Source: Podarcis melisellensis (lineage: Eukaryota). From it: a stretch of 64,000 bases of DNA. A program made the position numbers and the translations under genes. The notes under the pieces are model-generated. The model had not been told where the DNA came from, did no database searches, and saw only the letters and a program-made list of their open reading frames with translations. Where the stretch lies: NCBI GenBank assembly GCA_964234715.1, contig OZ174288.1. One strand, given 5' to 3'. This document shows positions 50,477-63,323 of the stretch, in pieces; positions within the stretch are counted from its first letter, which is position 1, and each line of letters begins with the position of its first letter.

Positions 50477-51863
50477 CTATAAAACAATTCTAGATAATGG
50501 TTCCCTGCAATACTAAGACAAATCCAACCATTTAGATCCTTAGTGCTTGGTTTTAACAAAGGAATACTCTATGACATCAGGCTAAGAAGATGTGGAATTG
50601 CCAGCTACAAAGATTTCTTTTATTTCTATTTTCCTTTGTTTTGTCTTCTAGCTTTTCTGAGCCCTGAAGTAATTCCTGAACTTTCTAGCCCTTCAGTTCT
50701 TCAGGGACACATACCTTTTTTACATTCTGAAGAAAAAGTCATTTCATACAAAATTATTATTACTGATAATATAATTAATGAACCTATTGCAACTCATCAG
50801 TATAAAGTTTTTCATCTTCCTCAGTTACCTTTACAGAAACAAATCAAATGCAAATCCCAATACTAGCAGGTTAAATCTGCAATATGGGATGGTGTGCGTG
50901 GGTTTGGGAGAGAGACTTCCTTTGTATCAACAATTTGACTCCATAGCAAGCAAAAGCTTATATACAAGCCAATACAATACATAATTATTCCCTTTGTAGC
51001 AAAGCCTAATGTACATTATTACAAAATTACTAAGTAATATGCTATCCGTTCCCCACTACACTTTCAATCATGCTGTTAATTAAGAACAGGAAATCTTCAA
51101 AAGTACTTTTGAGTTGCCTGCGTTGCTGGCCTAGAAGCAGAGGGAAGGGAAGCAATTTCGGGAAAGGTGGTGAAATGGACAGAGTAAAACCTTCACTTGA
51201 TAAGATTCAACATGCTTTACCAAGACCCTTCAGTAAATAGACTAGCTGAGTTTGGCAAATGATTCTGAGTTCTCCAGAGGGATTAGATGCCACAGTACAT
51301 GCTCCAACTTCAGATTAGAAAGGTCTTTCAATTACTAGGGGGCATGAATAATTATATCACCAGACCTGCACTAATCCATTAAATCATAACTGAATATTTT
51401 CTAATAAAAGGTGCAGTCTGAACTATGAACTCAGAAGCCCCTTTCTACACTTAAAATGAAATTTTGAGAGTTCCTTGGGAGGGAGCATGCTTCCATTCCT
51501 AAGAAATCTTGAGGAGATGCTATAGAATGCATAAAGGTTCATTTCTGTCACCTCCAAATAAAGTTTTGAGTACTGATCAGGTAAGAAATGGAATGCAGTC
51601 ACATAAATTTTCAATCAACAGTTTATGGGTGGCATTGTATGTCCCTGCCTACACTGACCTTACACATGAGTGTACTTTGCATTTATGGATTTTATAAGGT
51701 TTCAAACAGCTCTTCATTAAAGGTACAGTTGAATACTTTTCTCATTACATGGCAGGGGGCGCTTCATATTATGTAGCTCACTAAAGGAGAAAGCAAGGAC
51801 AGGGGAGCCAGTTCACAATGTTCAAATCCAGTCTCTCTGTCCATTTCCCAGTACTCCGTGAAT

Positions 51864-52118
51864 CAGAAGTGGCCCGTCTCATTTCACTGACTGAGTTGAA
51901 ATGGCAAGATGCTGCCCACCCTCACACTGCTGCCCCTCTGCCAAAGCCTCACTTACTGAGCCCGTGAAGGATCTAGCTGGAAGCTGTCGTCTCCACTTCT
52001 CCTTACTTCCCCAGCAGCAGTGGCAGGGACAGCCAGAATGGCCAAGTGGGTGCTGCCCATTGGGATTCCACCACCCGAGGTAGTTGCCTCAGTCTGCCCC
52101 ATGGGTGGGTTGGTCCTG
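51864..52118. mobile_element. hAT MITE (degenerate TIRs)
   Basis: TSD CCGTGAAT (51856-51863) / CTGTGAAT (52119-52126); CAG...CTG termini. Confidence 0.6.
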
Positions 52119-52134
52119 CTGTGAATCCTTAGCA

Positions 52135-52270
52135 CAGGCATAGGCAAACTTGACCCTCCAGATGTTTTGGGACTACAACTCCCATCATCCCTAGCTAACA
52201 GGACCAGTCGTCAGGGATGATGGCAATTGTCGTCCAAAAACATCTGGAGGGCTGAGTTTGCCTATGCCTG
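52135..52270. mobile_element. hAT MITE (136 bp, palindromic)
   Basis: TIRs CAGGCATAGGCAAACT / AGTTTGCCTATGCCTG; perfect TSD CCTTAGCA at 52127-52134 and 52271-52278. Confidence 0.93.
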
Positions 52271-53734
52271 CCTTAGCATAACCAAGAAACAGAACCCAGC
52301 ATGGATGAAAGAAAGCTTCATTCTCAAAAGCTAAAATTATCAGATGCAGGAAACAGATGTGTTGTGCGGATGCCCCAAGTCTTCTGCACGTGACACAAGC
52401 AAGCCCCATGGTGTGCATGCTGTATGGCCAGCACAAAACTTAGAGGGCTAGCCCCTTCATGGAAAATTTTCAGGAGAGTGCCCCCCACCCACTTGGCGAC
52501 CCTGGTTGGAGGAATATTGAGCACAGTGTTTGTGGTGTATGTGTGCAATTGTAGCATCAGTTTGTGTTTTTGCTTGATGTGCCCATATCATGCTCACCAC
52601 CTTAGCTCTTTTGAAAGGACCAGTTAAGGTACTGATTTTTTTTAGAAAATTGAAGTAGGCATAAGATGCGGTACAGAAAAGTTTATGTGAGAGAATGGAG
52701 AAATTAAATCCCAAATAGCATAATAGAACAGTTTTGAAATTCCAAGGCAATGTGGCCATATCACATGAAATGTCTGGTTCAGTCACAAAGATCAACAATT
52801 TTCAGTTATTAAAGGCAACATATATATCCCATTCCTTTCTGATATTATTCTGTTCAGGTTTGTCAGTCATTAAACTAGAAAAGGTCATCACCTTCATATT
52901 TAATGCCAAAAGTAGCTTTGCGCTGTTTCACATTTTATTTTGTATGCTGTTCCTTTCCTATTAATTTCTGATCCTTATTCGTGAACTAGAAACAGTTTGC
53001 AAATTGGGAAGGAAACTAGCCCTCTGCATTTTACGAAGAACTGATTCTCACTGTGAATTTTGCACTCCAACATGGATACTAGAGCTCTGCAACCAATTTG
53101 TCCAAATCCCAAACAGATTTGTTTACAATTTGTGCTGAATCCATATAGGCAGCTACAAATCACTTCAGAGCAGGTAGACCCAATAAATACATTTGTAGTG
53201 GGTTGTGCTGATCTAGAATGGAAAAAACCGTCTCTCTAAAGGCAGAGATACAGTCTGTAAAATGCTGCAAGTATTAATTACAGCTCCATATAATGAGAAT
53301 GCCAAGGGAAGGAGAGGGGAAGGAATGAGTTAGATGGATTTGGAGGCCAGGATAGGATAATATTTATTATATATCCTTCCTTTGACCATCCCTTTTGCAG
53401 CATAAAATGTGACAAGGGTGGGACAAGGGTGCTTAACCTTATTCATAATTATGCAGGACGGGATCTTCCCCTTTTTATCCCTCTAAACAAAACAATCACA
53501 AATAGCTTTATAATGTAAGCAGTACAATGCTGTTTACTTACATAAAGGTTCAGACTTGATTTCATCAGTAACTGGCAGTGAAAGACTAGGCAGGCAGAAT
53601 ATACTTCTAGATCACAAAATACATGGTTATGATTTTTTAAAAATGGAGTCTGTGCTCAGGAAAGCACAAAAAAAGCATCCTCTCTCTAGTTACATAGCAA
53701 AGAAAGAGACTGGGCTCTGAGCAGGGAGGAAGTA

Positions 53735-55954
53735 CAGTGGTACCTCAGGTTACAGATCATAGAATCATAGAATCATAGAGTTGGAAGAGACCACAAGGGC
53801 CATCGAGTCCAACCCCCTGCCAAGCAGGAAACACCATCAGAGCACTCCTGGCATATGGTTGTCAAGCCTCTGCTTAAAGACCTCCAAAGAAGGAGACTCC
53901 ACCACACTCCTTGGCAGCAAATTCCACTGTCGAACAGCTCTTACTGTCAGGAAGTTCTTCCTAATGTTTAGGTGGAATCTTCTTTCTTGTAGTTTGGATC
54001 CATTGCTCTGTGTCCGCTTCTCTGGAGCAGCAGAAAACAACCTTTCTCCCTCCTCTATGGGACATCATTTTATATATTTGAACATGGCTATCATATCACC
54101 CCTTAACCTCCTCTTCTCCAGGCTAAACATGCCCAGCTCCCTTAGCCGTTCCTCATAAGGCATCGTTTTCAGGCCTTTGACCATTTTGGTTGCCCTCCTC
54201 TGGACACGCTCCAGTTTGTCAGTGTCCTTCTTGAACTGTGGTGCCCAGAACTGGACACAGTACTCCAGGTGAGGTCTGACCAGAGCAGAATACAGTGGCA
54301 CTATTACTTCCCTTGATCTAGATGCTATACTCCTATTGATGCAGCCCAGAATTGCATTGGCTTTTTTAGCTGCCGCGTCACACTATTGGCTCATGTCAAG
54401 TTTGTGGTCAACCAAGACTCCTAGATCCTTTTCACATGTACTGCTCTCAAGCCAGGTGTCACCCATCTTGTATTTGTGCCTCTCATTTTTTTGCCCAAGT
54501 GTAATACTTTACATTTCTCCCTGTTAAAATTCATCTTGTTTGTTTTGGCCCAGTTCTCTAATCTGTCAAGGTTGTTTTGAAGTGTGATCCTGTCCTCTGG
54601 GGTTTTAGCCACCCCTCCCAGTTTGGTGTCATCTGCAAATTTGATCAGGATGCCTTTGAGTCCATCATCCAAGTCGTTGATAAAGATGTTGAATAAGACC
54701 GGACCCAAGACATAACCCTGTGGCACCCCACTAGTCACTCTTCTCCAGGATGAAGAGGAACCATTGATGAGCACCCTTTGGGTTCGGTCAGTCAGCCAGT
54801 TACAAATCCACTGAGTGGTAGCATAGTCAAGACCGCATTTTACCAGCTTCTTTACAAGAATATCATGGGGCACCTTGTCAAATGCCTTGCTGAAATCAAG
54901 GCTACATCCACTGCATTCCCTTCATCTACCAGGCTTGTAATTCTGTCAAAAAATGAGATCAGGTTAGTCTGACATGACTTATTTTTCAGAAATCCATGCT
55001 GACTATTGGTGATCACAGCATTCCTTTCTAGGTGCTCACAGACTGTTTGCTTAATGATCTGCTCCAGAATCTTCCCTGGTATTGATGTCAGACTGACTGG
55101 GCGGTAATTATTTGGGTCCTCTCTTTTCCCCTTTTTGAAAATAAGGACAACATTTGCCCTCCTCCAGTCTGCCGGGACTTCGCCTGTTCTCCAGGAATTC
55201 TCAAAGATGACTGCCAGTGGTTCTGAGATCACATCTGCCAGTTCTTTTAATACTCTTGGATGCAGTTCATCTGGCCCTGGAGACTTGAATACATCTAGAC
55301 TAGCCAAGTATTCTTGTACTATCTCCTTAGTTATTCTAGGCTGTGTTTCCTCTACTGAATCTTTTGCTCCAAATTCTTCAGGTCGGGCATTGTTTTCTTT
55401 ATCGGAGAAGACTGAGGCAAAGAAGGCATTGAGGAGTTCAGCCCTTTCTGTGTCCCCTGTTGGCATTTCACCATCTTCTCCTTTGAGTGACCCCACTGTT
55501 TCTTTATTCTTCCTTTTGCTACGAACATACCCATAAAAGCCTTTTTTGTTGCTTTTAACCTCTCTAGCAAGCCTGAGTTCATTCTGTGCTTTAGCTTTTC
55601 TGACTTTGTGTCTACACGTGCTGGCTATTTGTTTGAATTCCTCTTTGGTGGTTTGGTGGTTTCCCCCCTTTTCCATTTTTTGTACACATCCTTTTTTAAT
55701 CTTAACTCAGTTAAAAGTTCTTTAGATAGCCACCCCTTTAGATGCTTCAGGTTACATACGCTTCAGGTTACAGACTCCGCTAACCCAGAAATAGTACCTC
55801 GGGTTAAGAACTGTGCTTCAGGATGAGAACAGAAATCGTGAGCTGGTGGCAGTGGGAGGCCCCATTAGCTAAAGTGGTACCTCAGGTTAAGAACAGTTTC
55901 AAGTTAATTTGTTCTGGAGGTCCGTTCTTAAGTTCTTAACCCGAGGTACCACTG
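53735..55954. mobile_element. Tc1/mariner-type MITE split by a CR1 insertion
   Basis: Left TIR TA|CAGTGGTACCTCAGGTTACAGAT at 53735; remainder at 55740-55954 ending GAGGTACCACTG|TA. Confidence 0.9.
53758..55739 (-). mobile_element. CR1 LINE, 5'-truncated (about 2 kb), ORF2 with frameshifts and a stop
   Basis: KSPGPDELHPRVLKELA...NYRPVSLTSIPGKILE...SGVPQG...KFADDTKL...[13 protein letters not shown]; (ATTCTATG)n tail; possible 4-bp TSD AGAT. Confidence 0.96.
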
Positions 55955-58900
55955 TAGTAAGGATTATTTTCCTTTTGATTTTCCCACCAGGGCAAGCAGG
56001 GGATATGACTTCACAGAGTGCCCTCTCTAGGAATTTACAGGGGAACTCCATGTGCTTTTGCTTATCTAGCAAAACCTGACATTTCATTTTGGCTGCAATA
56101 TAATTTCCCATAGAATGGAACTGGGCTTTGCTTTTTGAGCACTCCTGTCCAGGGCTAGAATACCACCCAACTTTCTCCAATCACAGTGCCAGGTGGAGGG
56201 TGGGAGTGGTAAGGAATGGTGAAGTCTTCAACTGCAGCAAGCTTACTCTACCTTTTGTAAGTTCTGTCTCTTCTAATTTGGTGGCATTTTCTCATCTTGT
56301 GTTTTGTTTATTTGTTATCCAACCTTTCCCAATCAATCTCAGTTTCATCCTTATACAAAAAAGGTTTCTTCTCAGTATTAGTTACTTAGGCAATGTCACT
56401 TTCCTTATCCCCACCACCACCATTTTGTCACTGGTTTTTAAGGCTAGGCTTGCATTTTAGTTCTGTTTTATGTGTGTCTTTTCTAGTACTGTGTGTGTAG
56501 GTCTTATAAGTCAGTGCACAAGCAACACACATACAGTGTAATATTACATACATCATTGCAGTTCACTTAAGGTATATTAACCAATCCATTCTGAAGAACT
56601 CTTAAATGTTTGCCATCCATTAGGAGCTTTAAAGCTGGGAGTGTGTATGTGTGTGGAGAAGATGAAATACTTAATCAAAAGCAGAAGTGAAGAAGACAGA
56701 GAGACTGAAAATAAGGGAGAAGGAAAGGGATGACACAGGAAAATGGGATGAGATAAAGAATCAGAATGGAGGTAGAAAGTAAGAATGGAAACATGAAAAT
56801 TCAACATTTTCTTTTACCCTTGAACTAAAGTAGTAAAAGAATTATCTATTTGACAAATACAGTATAATACAATTCCTAGGCAGTCTATACTCCGTTTTAA
56901 TCAGCTTCAGGAATGTATAGCTCACATAAGCGTTATGGCTGTACAAAAATTAATTTTTTCGCATAGATTCATGTTAATGCTCTCTATTAAAGTTGAATAG
57001 ATGGAAGTGTTTGAAAGCTACTGCTTTAATCATTTGTACAATACACACTATTATACATTTGTCACAAATCTTTTTTGTCTGCATAATGGATCTTTGACTA
57101 GTGATTCCACATGAAGCATGAATATGGGCAAACTGAAAGGTAACTTCTACTTAAGTCATTCTTAAAAGCTTAGATATTTCGAAAGTTTCTTTTTGTTCAT
57201 TCAGTTAACAATTTCTATTAAACTTCTAACCAGACACAGAGACCTTTGCTTAGTCCAGAACATGCTACCCATAGCACAATATCAAACTATTCCACTCACC
57301 ACCATCCATATTTTATGCGTACTTTGTAACAGCCAGAGTGCATGTCCAAACTGAGCCAACATTTAATAAACTCTTAACATTGACTCCAGAGGAATTTCTG
57401 TGTCCTGTTGAGCCTACAGGAAGCAATCTTTTCTACTGCTCATTTTTTAAACTCTCTGCTGCATCTTACAAGAGCCTACAGTCATCTGTTTCTGTTGCAT
57501 GATACATCATTTGAATGACAATTCAGAAATTGTACCAGATGGATGTGTAACCCAAAACTACAAATAAGTTTCCTAAGAGAAAAAGCTATTAATAATCTAA
57601 GTCGCATACTTCAAAAACTGTGGAGGAGAATGGGTGCGTGTTACATTTTCAATTGCGCTATATCACAGCTTTTTGCAAATCTGAGGTCACTCATCACACT
57701 CCACCTGATCAGAAAGAGAAAGTTAGAGGCAGATTCTGAAATATAACCTAACAGTAGCTTCATTGCTGTCTCTCAACAAGTGTCACAAAACAGAAAACAA
57801 GATAATTCATTTCACCAGATTCTTATCACAGCCACATGTCTTATGTCACTACTACATCTACTCCCTCTGCCATTATTTCATGGAACAAACACAGCTGACA
57901 ATCAAAACAGCATAAAGTTTGGACATTAAGACCAATCAAATTCTAGCAATAGAATAAAATTCATTCCTTGGCTTAAGCAACAAATAGAAATGAGTTGCTT
58001 AAATCAGTAAGTTATCTGTGGACTCTGAATTTTGAGTGTCTAGCCAGATATTTGCTACTAAACGTCTTGAAAATCAATCTTACCTGCTTATGCCTTGTGT
58101 TACACACAGCAGAGACTTGCCTTGTGCCTGTGCACAGCACTAAGTAACACAATGTCTTATTAGTCTTGCCTCCTTATTGTCTGAAGGAACCTGAATATTT
58201 GTTTCAAGCTGGCATTTAGAATACCTTCCTAACAATTTTGAAAGGAAATAAGACTAGACCATACTTAATAAAAAATCTGGAAAGTAAAACTGCACTCACT
58301 ATGTTCACATAGCTGCTTCTCTAAACCTTATGTGGAAGAAAGCTTTAACTCACCACTTCTTTTTTCAAACTGAATTAGAGAGCATATTTTTCTTGAATTT
58401 CCTATTTTTTAATGCAAAACCTCAGGGAGCCTTAATTTTCTCCATCCAACTACCAAGGTTACTTTTTTTAAAAAGTCTTCTTTCTGTTCTATAGCTTTGC
58501 CAATGCGTATGCTAGAATTCATTTGTTCCAATACCTTAGACAAAGGATGTATGAGTTTAGGACATAGTCCCAATTAGTTTTATCATAGCTGCTTTGCCAG
58601 GAAAGGCAAGCATATATGTGCACATATCAAAACAGGTCTTAAATCAAAGTGCAAGCATATACTATTCCCCTTCTGTTCTGTAAATCAATCAAAGTGAATT
58701 TGGAAATGTGAGGTCTATTGAACTCCTGATAATCCAGATGGAGCTCAGAAGGCTGGTGCCTGCCAACAGCTCAGCTGCCCTCTCATTTTGGAACACCAAT
58801 CATCACCTGTTTCAGAAATGAATAAATAACCCGCAAACCTCTTCTCATTTCTCTTCGCTCTGTCTGACACAAGAAAGCCATGAACAGCTTTTCTTTCCTT

Positions 58901-59476
58901 CCTACTATGCTCCTTCCTTCCTTTTGGCCCTCTCCTGCCATCTCCCCCTCTTCTTTGTTTCCAACTCCAACTCAGTTCCATTCTGCAAGATCTCCCCCTC
59001 CACCATCAATTACGTACTTTCTTTTTCCTACTGCTAGTAAAATGCTGTGAATGCAAGGCAATGAATCTGGGCATAAAATGTCCTCCCAAACACTCCCCAA
59101 AATGTATCTTAGGTTTGCTGCCTCTGTGTTGCGGAAGCAGCAAGTACAGTAGCCAGTTCCTTGTCATCTTGTAGCTCCCAGTAAGAAGGCGGGAAATGGT
59201 GCCTGCCCAGGCAATTGGATGGATCTTGCTATTTGCCAGCATATATAGTGGAATATAGTGTGACTAGGCAATGAAGAAACACCCATATCCCTGGTGTCAT
59301 GGCTCATATCTCATAGCGGGGAGCGACGGAGGTGTTGCCCAATTGTCTAGATAACTGGGCAGCAACATCCTGTCCCTGTTTGCAGTGCACAGCACTGGAA
59401 ACAAAGGTGCCCCTGCACTGTCTTGGCAAATGTATATCTGCTATCTTCCTGACTGCAGCAATGGGGGGGGGGGATC

Positions 59477-59944
59477 TGTCACGGTCCAGTTCACAGGCAA
59501 TTGAAGTCCTGGCTGGGGGCAAGATGGCAGGGTGGAAGCAGGAACGGGAGTCCAGAAGCCAGGAGTCAGGAATCAGGAAGCCAAGAGTCCGAGGGTCAGA
59601 GAGCAGGGAGTCAAGAAGCCAAGGGTCTGAGGGTCAGGAAGCAAGGAGTCACATAATCAAGGGTTTGAGGATCAAGAAGCAAGGAGTCATGAATTCAAGG
59701 GTCCAAGGATAAAGGAGTCAAGGAACCAAACGCAGCAAGGCAGGGAACGTGTTGCTGTGGCAAAGAGCTAAAGCGAAATGCTGACCTTATATCTCTTCCC
59801 AGCTCTTGCCACCAGGTGCTGTGAGTTACCAATCGGCCTCACCTGTGAGGCCGCACCTTGCCTCTTCAGAACAAACTTAAGAAGGCCCCAGTCCTCCAAA
59901 GTCCTACTGATCACAGGGCCTGGCTCCTGCAGGCACACCTGACA
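59477..59944. mobile_element. Probable solo LTR (Gypsy-like)
   Basis: TGTCA...TGACA termini; flanks GGATC / GCATC; internal purine-rich AGGAGTC/AAGGGTC tandem motifs. Confidence 0.65.
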
Positions 59945-60881
59945 GCATCATCCATTTGCCTAAGCACTTGAGCAGTGTTCCTTACCTTCCGGCATGATGC
60001 TAGGATAAGTTGGGAAGACAGAAAAGAATGCCCAATGAGCAAGGCAAGAATGGGTACCCTCTTCCTTGCCCCTATCCCCCAGCACTCTGGTTTGTAAGGC
60101 TCTCTCTCTGAAGATCTGGTGACAGGCAAGGCTCCATCTTCATTGTCATTTCATTTGTCCTTTCCCGACTTTATTCTGTTGGCTCCTGATGCTGCCCTTG
60201 GAGCATTTTTGGGAAATGGATTAGAAATATGTTTCTTTTTAAAAAGAAATGTTCCAAGAACCTTATTCCAATTTCTCATTACCATCTCACAAGCTCTTCC
60301 CCAAGTTTAGGGGGATTTTTTTGTGAGTTCCCATTTCAGGCCTGTGTCTCTTAGTTATGAAACTAGTGAAATGGCTTACACAGCTGGTTTACACAATTTT
60401 AACACAACTGAGAATGCATAAAAATTACTACTCCATGCTTTCTGAGAAGAAAAGAAAAAAAACCAATGGCAGGATTGTTGAATGTGGATAAATTTTTATA
60501 AGGTGTACAGGGAAGAAATATACCCATCCCTCCAATGCATTATGCTCAGTGCCTATATTACACAGCTGAATAGACCTACAAACTTCTAAATTAAACCTAG
60601 TATGTATTCTAATGCATTTGATGTGCTATACCAAACTAAACATTATACTAAATTTGTGGCTGCTATGAAAATGGCAAATACATATTGAGCTTCCCAGCTT
60701 CCCTTTAATAGCAGAGTATAAGTTCTTCCTCCTCTCTCTCAACCCCTTTTCCTTATGTGTCATATCTTTTAGATTGTAACTCTAAGGGCAGGGGTATTTG
60801 AAGATGGTCTGGGAATCTTTTTGGCTGAAGAGCAGCTTTAAAACCCTTGAAATGAATTTAGCCTGTTTAATATTATAGTGT

Positions 60882-60993
60882 CTTCGAAGCTACAAACATG
60901 AGTCTGACCAAACTGCGGGAGGCAGTGGAAGACAGAAGTGCCTGGCATGCTCTGGTCCATGGGGTCACGAAGAGTCGGACACAACTAAACGAC

Positions 60994-61040
<47 letters not shown>
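60882..61040 (+). mobile_element. BovB short 3' end with (CAA)n tail
   Basis: GGTCCATGGGGTCACGAAGAGTCGGACACAACT; 13-bp TSD AATATTATAGTGT at 60869-60881 and 61041-61053. Confidence 0.9.
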
Positions 61041-61043
<3 letters not shown>

Positions 61044-62099
61044 ATTATAGTGTTCTGAATCTCCATGTGCTTCCCCCAGCAGCCAGCAAACCCCATACTT
61101 TATGAGGCACATGCTATTGGATATTACGAAAAGGGAGACCTGCTGTTTTGTTTTCAATGACAACTGCAAGTTTACACTCCTCTCTGGCTGGCCTCTGCAT
61201 CTCATACAATTTCTTTTTATCTATTGCCACCTGATAGTATCAGATATTTACAGCTGTGTATTACTGTTCTGGGTTTTAAGAAGAATTCCCTGGCTTGCCA
61301 TTTGTTTACATTTGCTTACATTCACATATAATGAAAAGGGATTATAACATTAAGGCCTCTCTCTGTAGTTACACATATCATTGGAAGCACACACTTAACC
61401 ACAAACCTTTGTGACTGATGTAAGGTGGATTCAAATAACAACATACTATTATTTGCTCATTAAAAAGCAAATGAGCTGCATTTTACCTTGTTTGCTTAAC
61501 ATCCTCAGGCAATGCTTAACAGGTGCTAATTCTGAAATTGGTTTCAGGTGCAAATAGATTAAATTAGCATGTTTCATGATTACAGAAAACACTTACTGGA
61601 CAAAAGCCAATTCAGAAGGCTAACAGCAAAACAGATACATTTTCAATTAAACCAACACACATTAAATCAAAATGCATTAGAGTGTTTTCTGCATGCATTC
61701 TCAATAGCTTGCAGCATCTGGCTACAATATGGTCATTTACATAGCTGTAATGCATCTTCCACAAGAAAGATGAAGCACAACTTTGTCAAAGCGATTGACA
61801 TGTTGAAAAAAATGAAGTTTCAAAGAACCAGCATTATCTCTCCATATTATGGATACAATAGGGTTTCGTGTCATTGTTATAATGAATTCCTTACTGCTTT
61901 TAGCAAAAATATTTTGCCAGTAATTGGGAGATGTTAGCAAAAACATTTTGATAGCAAATGCAATGTATAAAGTTACCATAAGTACGTTATTAGCCAGTAA
62001 CAATTATGACACAAGGCCAAAATCAAGTAATTAGGAAGGCCCTTAAGAACTTAGCTCCAGGATACCTTAAGCACCACCTGATTCCTTAAATCTCTACCT

Positions 62100-62306
62100 C
62101 AGAGCTTTCCAAACTGTGTGTTGCAACACATTTGTGTATTGGCTGCAGTGTGTAGGTGTGCATTGCGAAAACTCCCATGATCCTCCCGGGGCTAGAAAGG
62201 AGTTAGTTTATCCTCCAGTTTGCTGGGAAATTACTGGATTACTGTGTTGCAAAACGATGCATTTCCAAAAAGTATGTCACTTACATGAAAAGTTTAGAAA
62301 GCTGTG
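62100..62306. mobile_element. hAT MITE inserted in an old L2 fragment (about 62035-62630)
   Basis: TIRs CAGAGCTTTCCAAACT / AGTTTAGAAAGCTGTG; degenerate TSD CTCTACCT / TTCTACCA; the L2 motif LWNSLPDEIKQ lies downstream. Confidence 0.7.
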
Positions 62307-63323
62307 TTCTACCAGATCACATTAAGTCTTTGGGGGATCTTCCATGCTTCAGATGCATGGCTTGTATCCAACAGGAGTCATGTAGTCATTATTGTGGGCC
62401 AGATTCTGTGGAATTCCCTCCCAGATGAGATCAAACAGATCCCCTCCCTGTTGAACATTGAGCACATGGTGAAGACCTTTTTATTACAGGCATTCAAAAT
62501 CGCCGTCCCCCCACTAAATTTAGCGGATTTTACCTTTATTGTTTGTTTTTCTTGTTTCTTTCTTATTGTATACCACTTAGAGACGTCTATAGAAATAGTA
62601 CAGAAATTGTTGTTGAAATAAATACATAATAAATAAAGGATCCTCTTGTGTACAGTCAATAATCCCCAAAAGAAGCTTGTTTTAATTAAATGTAATTGTG
62701 GCTGACTACAAACACATGCACACAAGGATTTCACACTTGGCTACTCATTTTTCAATGCACAGGTAAAATTATGAATATACTTGTTAAGATATTACCAATG
62801 CCACTGGGCATGTCTCAGTATGGGACTTACCTCCAAGTAGACATACATAGTGTTGTATTACCTGTAAAGGAGAGAGTATATGCAGGGCAAGATCCAAATA
62901 GGAATTCATACTCAGTAGGTATAGACATGTACTTTTATATATTCAGAAAGGTTCCATGAATCACTACCAGACGCTGGGCCCCAAGCAACAATCAGGCATG
63001 GTTTGGCATAAAATACACAGATCAGGGATACTAGAAACTAAAGGAGATGAATGGCAGCTGGCTCAAGTAGTAATAAGATTACCTGTCTTCATGACATGAA
63101 AATGTTTTTTTAATTTAAAACTGTACTGTAGATTCTGAAAACGAAAGCATAGAAGCCAGGGCGAGGAATGTGTTCTAATTTTTTGTTACTTGCATCACTG
63201 GGTGGGGGTAGGAAACTGAGCAATTAATTAGCTGTCCAACTTTTATAGTTTTATATATTGGAGTGGCAAAGGATATGGTAAAGCACAAGAGGTTCCGATA
63301 GAATGTTTTTGCTTTGTTGACTT

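Noticed and set aside
59545-59725. Repeat-spacer-like pattern resembling a CRISPR array
   Set aside because: Eukaryotic context, with degenerate short purine-rich units and no constant repeat or unique spacers; it is an LTR-internal minisatellite.
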